The notes under the pieces were generated by a model. It did not search any database and was not told the DNA's origin. It worked only from the letters and a program-made list of their open reading frames with translations. A stretch of DNA of 64,000 nt from NCBI GenBank assembly GCA_902520495.1, contig CABYNW010000003.1, forward strand, positions 7,645 through 71,644, given 5' to 3'. Source of the DNA: an uncultured SAR86 cluster bacterium (GTDB taxonomy: Bacteria; Pseudomonadota; Gammaproteobacteria; Magnimaribacterales; D2472). Position 1 is the first letter of the stretch; each line of letters opens with the position of its first letter. The translations under genes were made by a program, and so were the position numbers. Below are positions 49,110 through 59,498 of the stretch, in pieces.

Positions 49110-49730
49110 ATGATTAAAATATACGCAACTGAAAATTCTAGAGCTGTCCGGCCTATATGGACTGCTGAGGAAATGGGTTTGGAGTACGATTTAATTATGA
49201 TGCCGTTTCCTCCAAGAGTTTTTATGAAAGAGTACTTAGATATAAATATTCTTGGGACCATACCATTTATGATTGACGGGAATATTGAAATGACTGAGTC
49301 AGTTGCAATTTGTCAATATTTAGTTGAAAAATATGGACCAACTGATCTTCAAGTCAAGCCAAATGAAAAAGATTATCCAGTATATTTAAATTGGCTATTC
49401 CATTCTGATGCAACATTAACATTTCCACAAACAGTGGTCCTAAGATATAAGTTTCAGGAACCTGGTGTTGCAGATGCTGCAGTTGAAGGTTATAGCAAGT
49501 GGTTTGTTTCAAGGTTAAAGCTTTTAGAAAAATCTTTAGATGGTAAAGATTATTTATGCTCAGATCGTTTTACATTAGCAGATATATGTGTAAGTTATGC
49601 AATAAATTTAGCTTCAGTTCTAGATATCAAGCAAGCCTTCAAACCAAATATTACTAGATGGAGTGAGAATTTATTTTCAAGACCAGCTTTTATTAAAAGT
49701 AAAGATTATAGATATGAGCCAAATGAATAG
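49110..49730 (+). CDS. Glutathione S-transferase family
   Basis: SRAVRPIWTAEE, GTIP, ESVAICQYL, FTLADI. Confidence 0.9.
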   Translation: MIKIYATENSRAVRPIWTAEEMGLEYDLIMMPFPPRVFMKEYLDINILGTIPFMIDGNIEMTESVAICQYLVEKYGPTDLQVKPNEKDYPVYLNWLFHSDATLTFPQTVVLRYKFQEPGVADAAVEGYSKWFVSRLKLLEKSLDGKDYLCSDRFTLADICVSYAINLASVLDIKQAFKPNITRWSENLFSRPAFIKSKDYRYEPNE

Positions 49731-50970
49731 ATTAATTGTAAATATTTTCATTATTTTTTTAGCTATTAATTTGCATGCTAATACAACAAATCATATACAA
49801 ACCATATATTTAGGATCTGGATGCTTTTGGGGGGCTGAAAAAGGTTATGAAAGCTTGAAGGGGGTTATCGATGCAGAGTCTGGTTATGCAAATGGATATG
49901 GAGTTAAACCTAATTACAGGTCAATAATTCAATTTAAAAACAAATACAATGAAAATAATTTTGCTGAGGTTGTGAAAGTTACATTCAATAGCAATGCAAT
50001 AACTTTAGAAGAGATTTTGAAACATTTTTTTGAAAACCATGACCCAACTCAACACAACAGACAAGGTAATGATGTTGGAACTCAATATAGATCAACAATT
50101 CTTTTTGAAAACAAATCTCAAAAAAATCTCGCAATCAAAATAATGGATATTTATCAAGATTTATTAAATGCTGCAGGATATGGAAAATTAAAAACAAAAC
50201 TCGAACCGTTAGATAATTTTTATCTTGCAGAAGATTACCATCAAGATTATTTAAAAAAGAATCCAAATGGATATTGCCCAGATCTTTCTACAGGCATTGT
50301 TTTTAATCAATCAGAAAAAGATTTTCATGACAATACAAGCTTACTTTCTGGAAAACATATTTTAATTTTAGATTCACAAGACTATTGTCCTTACTGTGAG
50401 AAACTTAAAAATGATGTAACAGATAAATATAAGGGTAGTATTCCTCTAACATATCGATCCTCAGATCAGCTTCATGGATTAAGTATTGAATCCCCAACCT
50501 GGGCAACACCTTCTCTAATTTTATTAGAAGATGGAAAAGAAATTTTTAGTTATCAGGGATATATTGAATCTAAAGATTTTTATAAAATTTTAGGTAGGTT
50601 TAAATTAGGCAATACTGAGGCATATGATGTTGCTTTTAATAAAGGAACTGATTCAAGATTTTGTAAAGAATATGAAATTTTTAAGAATACTCCCGAAGGA
50701 GTTTTTATAGACAAGTTAAGCGGAGAACCTTTATTTGATACTAAAGATAGATTTGTATCTCGCTCAGGTTGGCTTTCTTTTACTAAACCAGTAGATGGCT
50801 CTGTATATGAATTGCCCGATAATAGTTTTGGAATGAGAAGAACGGAAATTAGATCTGTCTCATCAGATATTCACCTAGGTCATGTTTTTGATGATGGTCC
50901 AAATGGAATGCCAAGATACTGTATTAATGCAACAGTTTTAGAATTTAAAGCTAGAAAGCAAACTATTTAA
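49723..50970 (+). CDS. msrAB: Exported MsrA-thioredoxin-like-MsrB fusion methionine sulfoxide reductase
   Basis: Signal-like N-terminus; MsrA GCFWG, QGNDVGTQYRS, AEDYHQDY, GYC; central CPYC and WATP Trx fold; MsrB HLGHVF, RYCIN. Confidence 0.88.
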   Translation: MNRLIVNIFIIFLAINLHANTTNHIQTIYLGSGCFWGAEKGYESLKGVIDAESGYANGYGVKPNYRSIIQFKNKYNENNFAEVVKVTFNSNAITLEEILKHFFENHDPTQHNRQGNDVGTQYRSTILFENKSQKNLAIKIMDIYQDLLNAAGYGKLKTKLEPLDNFYLAEDYHQDYLKKNPNGYCPDLSTGIVFNQSEKDFHDNTSLLSGKHILILDSQDYCPYCEKLKNDVTDKYKGSIPLTYRSSDQLHGLSIESPTWATPSLILLEDGKEIFSYQGYIESKDFYKILGRFKLGNTEAYDVAFNKGTDSRFCKEYEIFKNTPEGVFIDKLSGEPLFDTKDRFVSRSGWLSFTKPVDGSVYELPDNSFGMRRTEIRSVSSDIHLGHVFDDGPNGMPRYCINATVLEFKARKQTI

Positions 50971-52907
50971 TAAGTAATTCCATACCCATATTCATAAGTT
51001 GGGTTAATAGAGTCGTCAGGCAAATCCTCTTTTTGATTTAGAACAGATTCCATTGATAAAGGTATTTCAAAAGGAAGTTTCCCGGATGGATTAAATTCTC
51101 CAAAAATCCCTTCAAATATAATTTCATCTAAAACTCCAAAGGTACCAATAAGGGCAGATGAATGATTTTTAATATCTTCTAAGATTGCAGGTCTATTTAA
51201 ATCTACAACGATAACCAAATCTTGAATTTGAGAATAGTTTTTAATTTTTGATTTTATTTCATCATTAAAATTTAAATCTCCGTTTGGGAACAAAGTACTT
51301 AGAAAATTATCGAATAATCTATTTAAACCAGATTGCTGATTACCATTAAAGACAGTATGAATATACATTATGATTACATCAGCATCAGCTGGACTATCAG
51401 TTACAGTGCCATATTTTCTAGCAATGTCCTTATTCAGTCCGTCTACAAATATTTTAGTATTTTTTTTAAGAGGTAAAAGTTCCTTATTTTCAAGCAAAAC
51501 TATAGATTTTCTTTGTGCCTCAAGTCCTGCTTCAACATTTTCTTTAGTATTAACCCTAAATTTAACTTCATTTTCATTTACATAAGGGTTATCAAATAAA
51601 CCTAATTCAAATTTATTTATTAAAATTCTTTTTACTGATCTATTAATTCTTTCTTCAGAAATCTTATTTTCTGAAACTAGCTTAATAAGATGAGAGGTAT
51701 CTATTTCACCACCATATTGATCAATACCTGCATTGATAGATTTTTCATATCTTTCCTCAATCGACAGAGAATCTACTCCCCAATGTCTCCCAGTTATTAT
51801 CCCCCAATCTGAACAAATAACACCTTTAAAGCCGAGTTCTTCTCTTAATAAGTCTGTAAGAATATATTTATTAAATGCCATAGCCACATCATCATTTGTT
51901 TGTGAAACAGGTATTCCATAATAAGGCATTATTACTTTAAGATTGTTTTCAATTGCGCTTATAAATGGAATCAAATGATAGTCAAAATTATTACCTGGAT
52001 ATATTTGATTTCTACCACTAAATAAATGTGGATCGAGCCCATTTTCCTGCGGACCGCCTCCTGGAAAGTGTTTTACCATCGTATGCACACTTTGATTATT
52101 AATTTCATTACCCTGAAATCCATTCATATAAGCTAATGTCATCTTATTTGACAAGTCTGCATTAGAACCAAAAGTTCCAAAGTTTCGAGCCCAGCGTGGC
52201 TCTGTTGCTAAATCAGACATTGGATGAAGAGCTGTTCTAATTCCTACTGCAAGATATTCTTGTTTTGCAATTTCACCAAAATTTTTAACGATTGAAGGAT
52301 TATTTGTTGCTGCAAATCCTAGTTGAGAAGGCCATTTTGAAAAACCATCAACTGAAAAAGAAGCAACTCCTCCTCCTTTTGGAACTTCATGAATAGGATC
52401 AGAGCTTATAGTTATTGGAATTCCCAATCTTGTTCTTGAGGCTATCCTTTGAAATTTATTTATTTTGATAGCTAGTTCCTCAGGACTAGGATTTCCGTAA
52501 AGATTAAAATGAGAGATGTTTTTAAAAAGAATTTGTGATTCGGGTAGCTTACGACCTCTTATTAATACCTCATAAATAAACATTGGTAAATCAGCATTAA
52601 GAGTGAAGGGTGGATGAAACATTTGACCAACCTTTTCTTCTAAATACATTTGGTTAATAAGATCATCAGCTCTAATATTTGAATTAAGCCTATGATCCTC
52701 ATATATGTCTAACTTATTATTTTTATTTAAATCACGAAAAATTTTCTCATCAATATTTAACATATTAACTTCGTCATAAAGAGAGTTTTTTATTCTTATT
52801 TTCTCTGCAGGCTTAATAGTATTAAAAACAACCCATACCATACATACTATTAATAGAAATAAAAAAATTGCTAAAGATTTTTTTAAAAAGGTAGAGATGT
52901 TCAACAA
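50967..52907 (-). CDS. GH3 beta-glucosidase-like glycosidase with N-terminal membrane anchor
   Basis: TRLGIP, DLATEPRWAR, KHFPGGG, CSDWG nucleophile, PSGKLPF; start (TTG) uncertain. Confidence 0.9.
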   Translation of the reverse strand: MLNISTFLKKSLAIFLFLLIVCMVWVVFNTIKPAEKIRIKNSLYDEVNMLNIDEKIFRDLNKNNKLDIYEDHRLNSNIRADDLINQMYLEEKVGQMFHPPFTLNADLPMFIYEVLIRGRKLPESQILFKNISHFNLYGNPSPEELAIKINKFQRIASRTRLGIPITISSDPIHEVPKGGGVASFSVDGFSKWPSQLGFAATNNPSIVKNFGEIAKQEYLAVGIRTALHPMSDLATEPRWARNFGTFGSNADLSNKMTLAYMNGFQGNEINNQSVHTMVKHFPGGGPQENGLDPHLFSGRNQIYPGNNFDYHLIPFISAIENNLKVIMPYYGIPVSQTNDDVAMAFNKYILTDLLREELGFKGVICSDWGIITGRHWGVDSLSIEERYEKSINAGIDQYGGEIDTSHLIKLVSENKISEERINRSVKRILINKFELGLFDNPYVNENEVKFRVNTKENVEAGLEAQRKSIVLLENKELLPLKKNTKIFVDGLNKDIARKYGTVTDSPADADVIIMYIHTVFNGNQQSGLNRLFDNFLSTLFPNGDLNFNDEIKSKIKNYSQIQDLVIVVDLNRPAILEDIKNHSSALIGTFGVLDEIIFEGIFGEFNPSGKLPFEIPLSMESVLNQKEDLPDDSINPTYEYGYGITY

Positions 52908-52929
52908 TTGAATTTAATCCATTTTTTAA

Positions 52930-54084
52930 TTAATCATCAAAGAACCCGTTGATTCTTTCATATGATTCTATAAATTCTTCCTTAAATTTTTGGACTGTTT
53001 GACCTGCACTTATAGTTTCATCTACCAGTCCTATGCCTTGTCCAACCCAGTATGTTTCAAGCTGTTTTGCGCCTTCGTGACCAATAGCGGCTTGATCTGC
53101 TACCTTTTTAAGAGCAGGCTCACTAACCATTGTTTGCAGAGGCATTGGTAATGGCTCAGGGGCATCTTTATCCTCCCAAGCTTCTACCCATGGCGATGTA
53201 AGTTGTCTTGAGTGTTTGCCAGTTCTACTTTTTGATCTAACAGTATGGCTGGATGAGGCTGCAACTAGTTTCTCTTTTATATTGTCAGAAGTTTCTGCTT
53301 CTGTTGTTGGTAAGAAAACTGAAGCACACCATGCACCGTCTGCTCCCATAGCCATAACCCCAGCCATTTGCTCACCAGTACAAATTCCACCAGCGGCTAA
53401 AATAGGTACATTGCCATAAGGCTTTAGAGCTCTTCTGACCTCGGGAACAAGAACCATAGTGGACACACTTCCACAATGACCTCCACCTTCTGTTCCTGAG
53501 ACAACAATAATATCTACTCCAGCTTCTGCTTGTTTAACTGCATGTTGTTTTGCTCCAACGAGTGCTGCAACTGGAACATTATTTTCCTTGCCCATATCTA
53601 ACATCCATTTTGGTGGAACACCCAAAGCATTAGCAACAAGACTAATTGGATGCGAAAAAGCAACTTTTAAGACTTCCTTAGCACCATCAAGGCCTGCGCC
53701 CAAAACTTGATTTGAATTTTGTTCTGCTCTTACAGATTCTGAATCGCCCCTTAGATCTGAGGAATCAATATCATGTTGCTCAAGAATATCTGCTCTAAAC
53801 TCTCTATGCTCTTGAGGAATCATAGCTCTAAGGTCATCTGTAGTAAGGTTTTCACCTTTACCAACATAAGAATTAGGAACTAATACATCCACCCCATAAG
53901 GCATCCCATTTACATTTTCATCGATCCAAGATAATTCTATCTCAAGTTTTTCAGGAGTAAGACCTACCGCTCCAAGAACTCCCATTCCACCTGCCTTAGA
54001 GACTGCAGCAACAACATCCCTACAATGACTAAATGCAACCAAAGGAAATTCAATATCTAATAATTCGCATATCTGTGATTTCAT
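52930..54084 (-). CDS. Nitronate monooxygenase/FabK-like flavoprotein
   Basis: AFSHCRDVVAAVSKAGG, GTEGGGHCG, LAAGGI motifs. Confidence 0.88.
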   Translation of the reverse strand: MKSQICELLDIEFPLVAFSHCRDVVAAVSKAGGMGVLGAVGLTPEKLEIELSWIDENVNGMPYGVDVLVPNSYVGKGENLTTDDLRAMIPQEHREFRADILEQHDIDSSDLRGDSESVRAEQNSNQVLGAGLDGAKEVLKVAFSHPISLVANALGVPPKWMLDMGKENNVPVAALVGAKQHAVKQAEAGVDIIVVSGTEGGGHCGSVSTMVLVPEVRRALKPYGNVPILAAGGICTGEQMAGVMAMGADGAWCASVFLPTTEAETSDNIKEKLVAASSSHTVRSKSRTGKHSRQLTSPWVEAWEDKDAPEPLPMPLQTMVSEPALKKVADQAAIGHEGAKQLETYWVGQGIGLVDETISAGQTVQKFKEEFIESYERINGFFDD

Positions 54085-54159
54085 AATTACCCCCTAGACT
54101 AAGTACCTTATAGTTTATATTACTTACTTTAAATTGAGAATGAATTAAAATAGGGCACT

Positions 54160-54645
54160 ATGATAAATTTTACAGTTCCTGATATTTGTGATCAAAATGA
54201 TGATATCCAAATTGGAGAATTATTTTTAAGTTCTTTCGGAGCGATAAATAAATTTTGTGGTGAAATTCATACTGCAAAATGCGAACATTCTAATAGTGTT
54301 GTAAAAGAATTAGTTCAAAATGATGGAGAAGGAAAAGTTTTATGCATAAATCATACTGGATCAGAATTATGCTCAATGGTGGGAGATCAAATTGCACAAA
54401 CAGCATTCGAAAATAATTGGAATGGCATTATCACTAATGGTTTTATAAGAGATATCGAAGTCATTCAAAATATTAATATAGGTTTGTATGCATTAGGTAC
54501 TTATCCAAAAAAAACTGATAAATTAAAAGGAATTGGAGAAAAGGATGTACCTATACAACTTGGTAATGTGGATATAAATCCAGGTTATTGGATTTATATA
54601 GATACTAATGGTTGGGTTGTTGCTTCAAAGAAATTAGAACTTTAA
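54160..54645 (+). CDS. RraA/HMG-aldolase family protein
   Basis: PDICD, FG..KFCG, GDQIA, W.GI..NG.IRD, PGYWIYIDTNG. Confidence 0.85.
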   Translation: MINFTVPDICDQNDDIQIGELFLSSFGAINKFCGEIHTAKCEHSNSVVKELVQNDGEGKVLCINHTGSELCSMVGDQIAQTAFENNWNGIITNGFIRDIEVIQNINIGLYALGTYPKKTDKLKGIGEKDVPIQLGNVDINPGYWIYIDTNGWVVASKKLEL

Positions 54646-55521
54646 TTTTTCAATATCAATATCTTTTTGAATCCAGATTGTTTCAATCCATTCCTTAAAA
54701 TCCTCTCTATACTGTTTATCATTTGAATAATTTTTTCCTTTGAGTTTTTCAGGAATATCATATTTTTTTACCAAAATTTTGACATTTTTCATTTCACCGG
54801 TAAGAAAAGACCACCCATCTCTTTTATTGCTTTGGTAAACAACAGAATAATCTATCAAGGTATCAATATTTTGAATTGCAGATAATGCTGTAGCCATTCC
54901 ACCTACCTTAGGAATTAGTAAATTTTTGTATGGTGAGCCTTGATCTTTATGTTTCTCTTTTGTGAATCTTGTTCCCTCAGCGTAACTAAAAATAGTGGAT
55001 GGGCATCTAAGAAATCTTTTACATGACTTTATTGTATTATCGTAATCTTTTTTTATAAGAGATGGATCTTTCTCAATCGCTCTTTTTGAATGTCTATTTA
55101 CAAAAGGCATATTAAGCGTTTTATTCGCAAGAAATACATACGGAATCCACCATAATTCTTTTTTCATAAAAAATTTTAGTAATGGTATTCTGTAATTTGC
55201 TGAAACTAAAAGTACAAAAATATCAGCCCAAGATTGATGATTTGACATAGCCATATACCATTTTGTTCTATCAAAATTTCTATCATCACTAATTATTTGT
55301 ATGGTATTTCCATGCATCAATAACATAATAAGTTTTATACCATATACAGTTAGGTCTCCAATAAAATTAGAAAATTTAGCAAGAGAAATTTTAAAAGCTT
55401 TTATTGGGATGATAGCTCTAGGAATATTTACAATAGCCAAAGTACCAAAACCAATTGTTAGTTCAACAATAATTAAAATAAAAGTTATCAAGCCTATCAA
55501 GCTCGATTTAATAATATTCAT
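54634..55521 (-). CDS. Lysophospholipid acyltransferase (YihG-like)
   Basis: NHQSWAD (NHx4D), KFFMKKEL, AEGTRFT, LLIPKVGG. Confidence 0.88.
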   Translation of the reverse strand: MNIIKSSLIGLITFILIIVELTIGFGTLAIVNIPRAIIPIKAFKISLAKFSNFIGDLTVYGIKLIMLLMHGNTIQIISDDRNFDRTKWYMAMSNHQSWADIFVLLVSANYRIPLLKFFMKKELWWIPYVFLANKTLNMPFVNRHSKRAIEKDPSLIKKDYDNTIKSCKRFLRCPSTIFSYAEGTRFTKEKHKDQGSPYKNLLIPKVGGMATALSAIQNIDTLIDYSVVYQSNKRDGWSFLTGEMKNVKILVKKYDIPEKLKGKNYSNDKQYREDFKEWIETIWIQKDIDIEKLKF

Positions 55522-55539
55522 TCTGCTATAAATGTTTTT

Positions 55540-56679
55540 CTAAAATCCACTAAGATTTGCATATCTTTCAGTATGATATTTTGAGCTACCAAATATTTGT
55601 TCTGCAACTCTTGCCCTTTTAAGGAAGAAACCAATATCATACTCATCTGTTACACCAATACCTCCATGCATTTGAACAGCCTCATTAGAAACTAAATGCA
55701 GGGTTTCTCCAGCCACAGTTTTTGCTAAACTTGATAATCTCTGTAACTCGTTAGATCCCTCATCTGCAGCTTTCATGGCACCCATAACTGAAGATTTTGT
55801 AAGTTCTATTTCACAAAACATTTCTGCAGCCCTGTGTTGAAGTGCTTGAAATGAACCAATAAGCACTCCAAACTGTTTTCTTTGTTTTAAATAATCTAAT
55901 GTCATCTCAAAGGCAGCCTCTGCATTTCCTAACATCTCTGAAGCCATAGCAATCCTTCCAATATCAAGAATATCTTCAACTGTTTCTCCTCCTGTTTCAA
56001 GATCACCTAAGATGTTAGAATCAGGAATTTCTACTTCACTAAAATTTATATTTGCATAATTTCTTGAATCCGCCATGTCGAGCTTTATTTTATCTATTCC
56101 TTTAGAATCAGAATTAACTAAAAAAAGTGTTAGTCCTGCCATATCACCCTTATTTCCAGAAGTTCTTGCTAATAAAATTATTAAATCAGCACTCGCACCA
56201 TCAATCACAAAAGTTTTCTTACCATTAACAATAAAGTTGGAACCTTCTTTTTTTGCAATAATTTCTGTATTAGCTGGATTATGATGACTTGATTCATCTA
56301 TAGCTAGAGATGTAGTTAATTCTCCATTTACAATTTTTGGAAGGTACTTTTGCTTTTGTTCTTCAGTTCCAAAATTTGTAATCGAGTATGCGCCTATTAC
56401 TCCGGTAGCAAATAAAGGAGAGGGCGTAAGTGTTTTAGCGCATTCATTTAAAATCACACTTATACCAGTTATGCCAAAATCAGAACCCCCATACTCTTCA
56501 GGAATTAAGATGCCTGGCCATCCTAGTTTAGTCATTTCATTCCACAGATCTTGATCCCATAGAAGTGGGTCATTATGATCTCTAAGTGATCTAAAATGAG
56601 TTATTGGAGACCTTTCATCGGCAAAACTTTTTGCAGTGTCTTTTAAAAATTGCTCCTCTTCAGTTAAAACTAATTTCAT
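55540..56679 (-). CDS. Acyl-CoA dehydrogenase family, short subunit (PimD-like)
   Basis: PEEYGG, NGKKTFV, RKQFGVLIGSFQALQHR, QMHGGIGVTDE. Confidence 0.9.
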   Translation of the reverse strand: MKLVLTEEEQFLKDTAKSFADERSPITHFRSLRDHNDPLLWDQDLWNEMTKLGWPGILIPEEYGGSDFGITGISVILNECAKTLTPSPLFATGVIGAYSITNFGTEEQKQKYLPKIVNGELTTSLAIDESSHHNPANTEIIAKKEGSNFIVNGKKTFVIDGASADLIILLARTSGNKGDMAGLTLFLVNSDSKGIDKIKLDMADSRNYANINFSEVEIPDSNILGDLETGGETVEDILDIGRIAMASEMLGNAEAAFEMTLDYLKQRKQFGVLIGSFQALQHRAAEMFCEIELTKSSVMGAMKAADEGSNELQRLSSLAKTVAGETLHLVSNEAVQMHGGIGVTDEYDIGFFLKRARVAEQIFGSSKYHTERYANLSGF

Positions 56680-56683
56680 TATA

Positions 56684-57886
56684 TTATTGCGTTGGAAGAC
56701 CAAGAACTCTTTTAGATATTACATTCAATTGAACTTCAGAAGTGCCTCCTTCAATAGAATTTCCCTTTGTTCTTAGCCAAGCTCTAGTTAAATTTTTATC
56801 ATTTTCATCAAATTCATCACCATCCCATGCCAAACCATCAACACCAGAAGCAGCGACCATCAATTCATGTCTTTTTTTATTATGTTCTGTTCCATATAAT
56901 TTAAACATAGAGGCTGTAGCGCTAGCTTTTCCACCCTCATCTCCAGCTCTTTTCAAGGTTAACCCAAATGCATGTTCTTTAATTTTGTGAGAAGCAATTT
57001 CAGATCTATAAAATGAATTTTTAATTTTTCCGTTCTCTTCACCTAGACGTTTTTTAGCTATCGAAACAACATCTCTTCCACTTCCAGCTCCAGCGACGGC
57101 TCCAGCTAGACCAAAATTAGATATAAATGCTCTTTCATGTTGAAGAAGTTTTTTTGCTATTGTCCAACCCGCATTAAGCTCACCAATTAGGTTGCCTTTA
57201 GGGACTTCTACATCATCAAAAAAGGTCTCACAAAAAGGTGATTTACCTGAAATTAAAGTTATTGGCTTTGTGGTCACTCCTTTAGTTTCCATGTCAATTA
57301 ATAGGAAGCTAATTCCATCGTGCTTTGGTTCCTTTGGTCCTGTTCTGACTAATGCAAAAATCCAGTCAGCTTTATCAGCATATGATGTCCAAACTTTTTG
57401 CCCATTAACAAGAAATGTATCACCAGTGTCTTCAGCTTTTGTTGCCAAGCTTGCAAGATCTGAACCTGATCCTGGCTCAGAATAACCCTGACACCACCTT
57501 ATCTCTCCTTTAATTATTTTTGGAAGATGTTCCTTTTTTTGCTCTTCGGTACCATACTCTAGCAAAACAGGAGCAAGCATCCAGATTCCAAAACTTAGTA
57601 ATGGTGATTTTGCTCCAATAACAAACATTTCTTCATTTAATACTTTAACCTCTTCTTTGGTTAGTCCTCCGCCACCATATTCTTTTGGAACCGTAGGCAT
57701 TGTCCAACCTTTTTCACCCATTCTATCTAACCAAATTTTAGATTCTGGATTTTTATATTTAGCATTTCTTCCTCCCCATACCTCATCAACAGGAATGGTG
57801 GGATCAGCACCACTGCGCATAGATGGTGGACAATTTTTATCAAGCCAATTTTTAGTATCTTCACGAAATTTATCTAAATCATTCAT
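56684..57886 (-). CDS. Acyl-CoA dehydrogenase family, catalytic-type subunit (PimC-like)
   Basis: WCQGYSEPGSGSDLASL, NGQKVWTS, LQHER, EGGTSEVQ; start placed at MNDLDK. Confidence 0.92.
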   Translation of the reverse strand: MNDLDKFREDTKNWLDKNCPPSMRSGADPTIPVDEVWGGRNAKYKNPESKIWLDRMGEKGWTMPTVPKEYGGGGLTKEEVKVLNEEMFVIGAKSPLLSFGIWMLAPVLLEYGTEEQKKEHLPKIIKGEIRWCQGYSEPGSGSDLASLATKAEDTGDTFLVNGQKVWTSYADKADWIFALVRTGPKEPKHDGISFLLIDMETKGVTTKPITLISGKSPFCETFFDDVEVPKGNLIGELNAGWTIAKKLLQHERAFISNFGLAGAVAGAGSGRDVVSIAKKRLGEENGKIKNSFYRSEIASHKIKEHAFGLTLKRAGDEGGKASATASMFKLYGTEHNKKRHELMVAASGVDGLAWDGDEFDENDKNLTRAWLRTKGNSIEGGTSEVQLNVISKRVLGLPTQ

Positions 57887-58005
57887 ATTTAATGTAGTTT
57901 TATTATTTTTCTCGAATATTATATGCACATATTTACTTTTTTCGAGTATTGTGTAAAAAATTAAGCCTATTAATACTAACTTTTAATAAGAGTATAATTA
58001 AGATT

Positions 58006-58869
58006 ATGTTTAAAAATATTGGAATTTTTATAAAAAAAAGCATCATTCAAGACTTTGAAGATAAAACCCTTGATGCTTTAATTTCCTCAGTTTCAAAAAA
58101 TGATATCAATTTATTTATTGATGATTCTTTTAATTTTAAGCATGAAAAAGTAAGCACCTTAAAGTACAAAGATTTTGTAAATAAAGTAGATTTAATAATT
58201 GTTTTTGGTGGTGACGGTACTTTATTAAATTCAGCAAGAGAATATCTTGAACATGAAATACCAATATTAGGGGTAAATATGGGAAATGTAGGATTCCTTA
58301 CAGATATAAAAGTTAATAATTTTGATAATGCTATTCAAGAAATCCTAGATGGAAGCTTTAAAATTGAAGAAAGAAATCTAGTATCAGCAGATTTTGATGG
58401 CAATCAAATATATGGCCTAAACGAAGTTGTTATTCACTCTGGTGCATATGCTCAACTAATGAGATACAGATTAAATGTAAATAATAAAGTTGTTTATGAA
58501 CAAAGATCTGATGGATTAATAATAGCAACACCCACTGGATCAACTGCTTATTCTTTATCAGCAGGAGGCCCAATTATTCATCCTAGTCTCGATGTATGGA
58601 CAATACTTCCGATGCTACCCCAAAGCTTGTCTTCTAGACCTTTTATAATTTCTTCTGATGAAAATGTCGAGGTAGAATTATTTGAAGGACCCAATGAAAA
58701 TGCAAAGATTTGTGTTGATGGGCAGGACGATATAGATGTTCCGTATGGAGTTCAGATATCAATATCTAAGATGAAAAAGACATTAAAACTGGTTCATCCT
58801 AAAGATAATGACTTTTTTGAGGCCTGCAGAGAAAAACTAGGCTGGAGTTTAAATATTTCAAAAAATTAA
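58006..58869 (+). CDS. nadK: NAD(+) kinase
   Basis: GGDGT, GFL, LNE, DGLIIATPTGSTAYSLSAGGP, VDGQ, EKLGW. Confidence 0.94.
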   Translation: MFKNIGIFIKKSIIQDFEDKTLDALISSVSKNDINLFIDDSFNFKHEKVSTLKYKDFVNKVDLIIVFGGDGTLLNSAREYLEHEIPILGVNMGNVGFLTDIKVNNFDNAIQEILDGSFKIEERNLVSADFDGNQIYGLNEVVIHSGAYAQLMRYRLNVNNKVVYEQRSDGLIIATPTGSTAYSLSAGGPIIHPSLDVWTILPMLPQSLSSRPFIISSDENVEVELFEGPNENAKICVDGQDDIDVPYGVQISISKMKKTLKLVHPKDNDFFEACREKLGWSLNISKN

Positions 58870-58870
58870 C

Positions 58871-59497
58871 TTGAACATATCTAATAATTTACACATACCT
58901 ATAATATTAATAGCAATTGCGATTGCTGTATTTTCTAATTTTGGCTCTACTGTAGCAGTAATAGAGCATTTTACTTTTACTAAGATTAGTATTTCTAGTA
59001 GTGGATTTTTATATACATCCTCTTTAGATCAAACATTTTTTGAAGAAAATCAATGGTGGAGATTGATAAGCCCAATTTTTATTCATTTTTCAGTTGCTCA
59101 TTTAGCTTTTAATTGTTTGTGGATTTATGTTTTAGGTGAAAAGATAGAGAAGGCTGATAGCAAGAGAATTTTTATGTCAGTTATTATTATCTCATCAATT
59201 TGCAGTAACTTTTTACAATATTACTGGACCAGTTCAAGTTTATTTGGAGGACTTTCAGGAGTTATTTATGGACTATTAGGTTTTTGTATGATTCTTGAGA
59301 TGGAATCTAAATATGATAGATATGGACTTCCTCCCGCATTATATTTATTTATGATTGCTTGGTTGATATTAGGATTTATTGGAGTGCTTGACCTTTTTGG
59401 TTTTGGCAAAGTTGCAAATTTTGCTCATTTGGGTGGTTTAGTTTCAGGAATTATGTTTGCTATGATATATAAAAACTTTATGAAGAAATTTTATTAA
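58871..59497 (+). CDS. Rhomboid intramembrane serine protease (GlpG-like)
   Basis: WWRL, HFS..H..FN, GLSG catalytic Ser, AHLGG. Confidence 0.9.
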   Translation: MNISNNLHIPIILIAIAIAVFSNFGSTVAVIEHFTFTKISISSSGFLYTSSLDQTFFEENQWWRLISPIFIHFSVAHLAFNCLWIYVLGEKIEKADSKRIFMSVIIISSICSNFLQYYWTSSSLFGGLSGVIYGLLGFCMILEMESKYDRYGLPPALYLFMIAWLILGFIGVLDLFGFGKVANFAHLGGLVSGIMFAMIYKNFMKKFY

Positions 59498-59498
59498 T

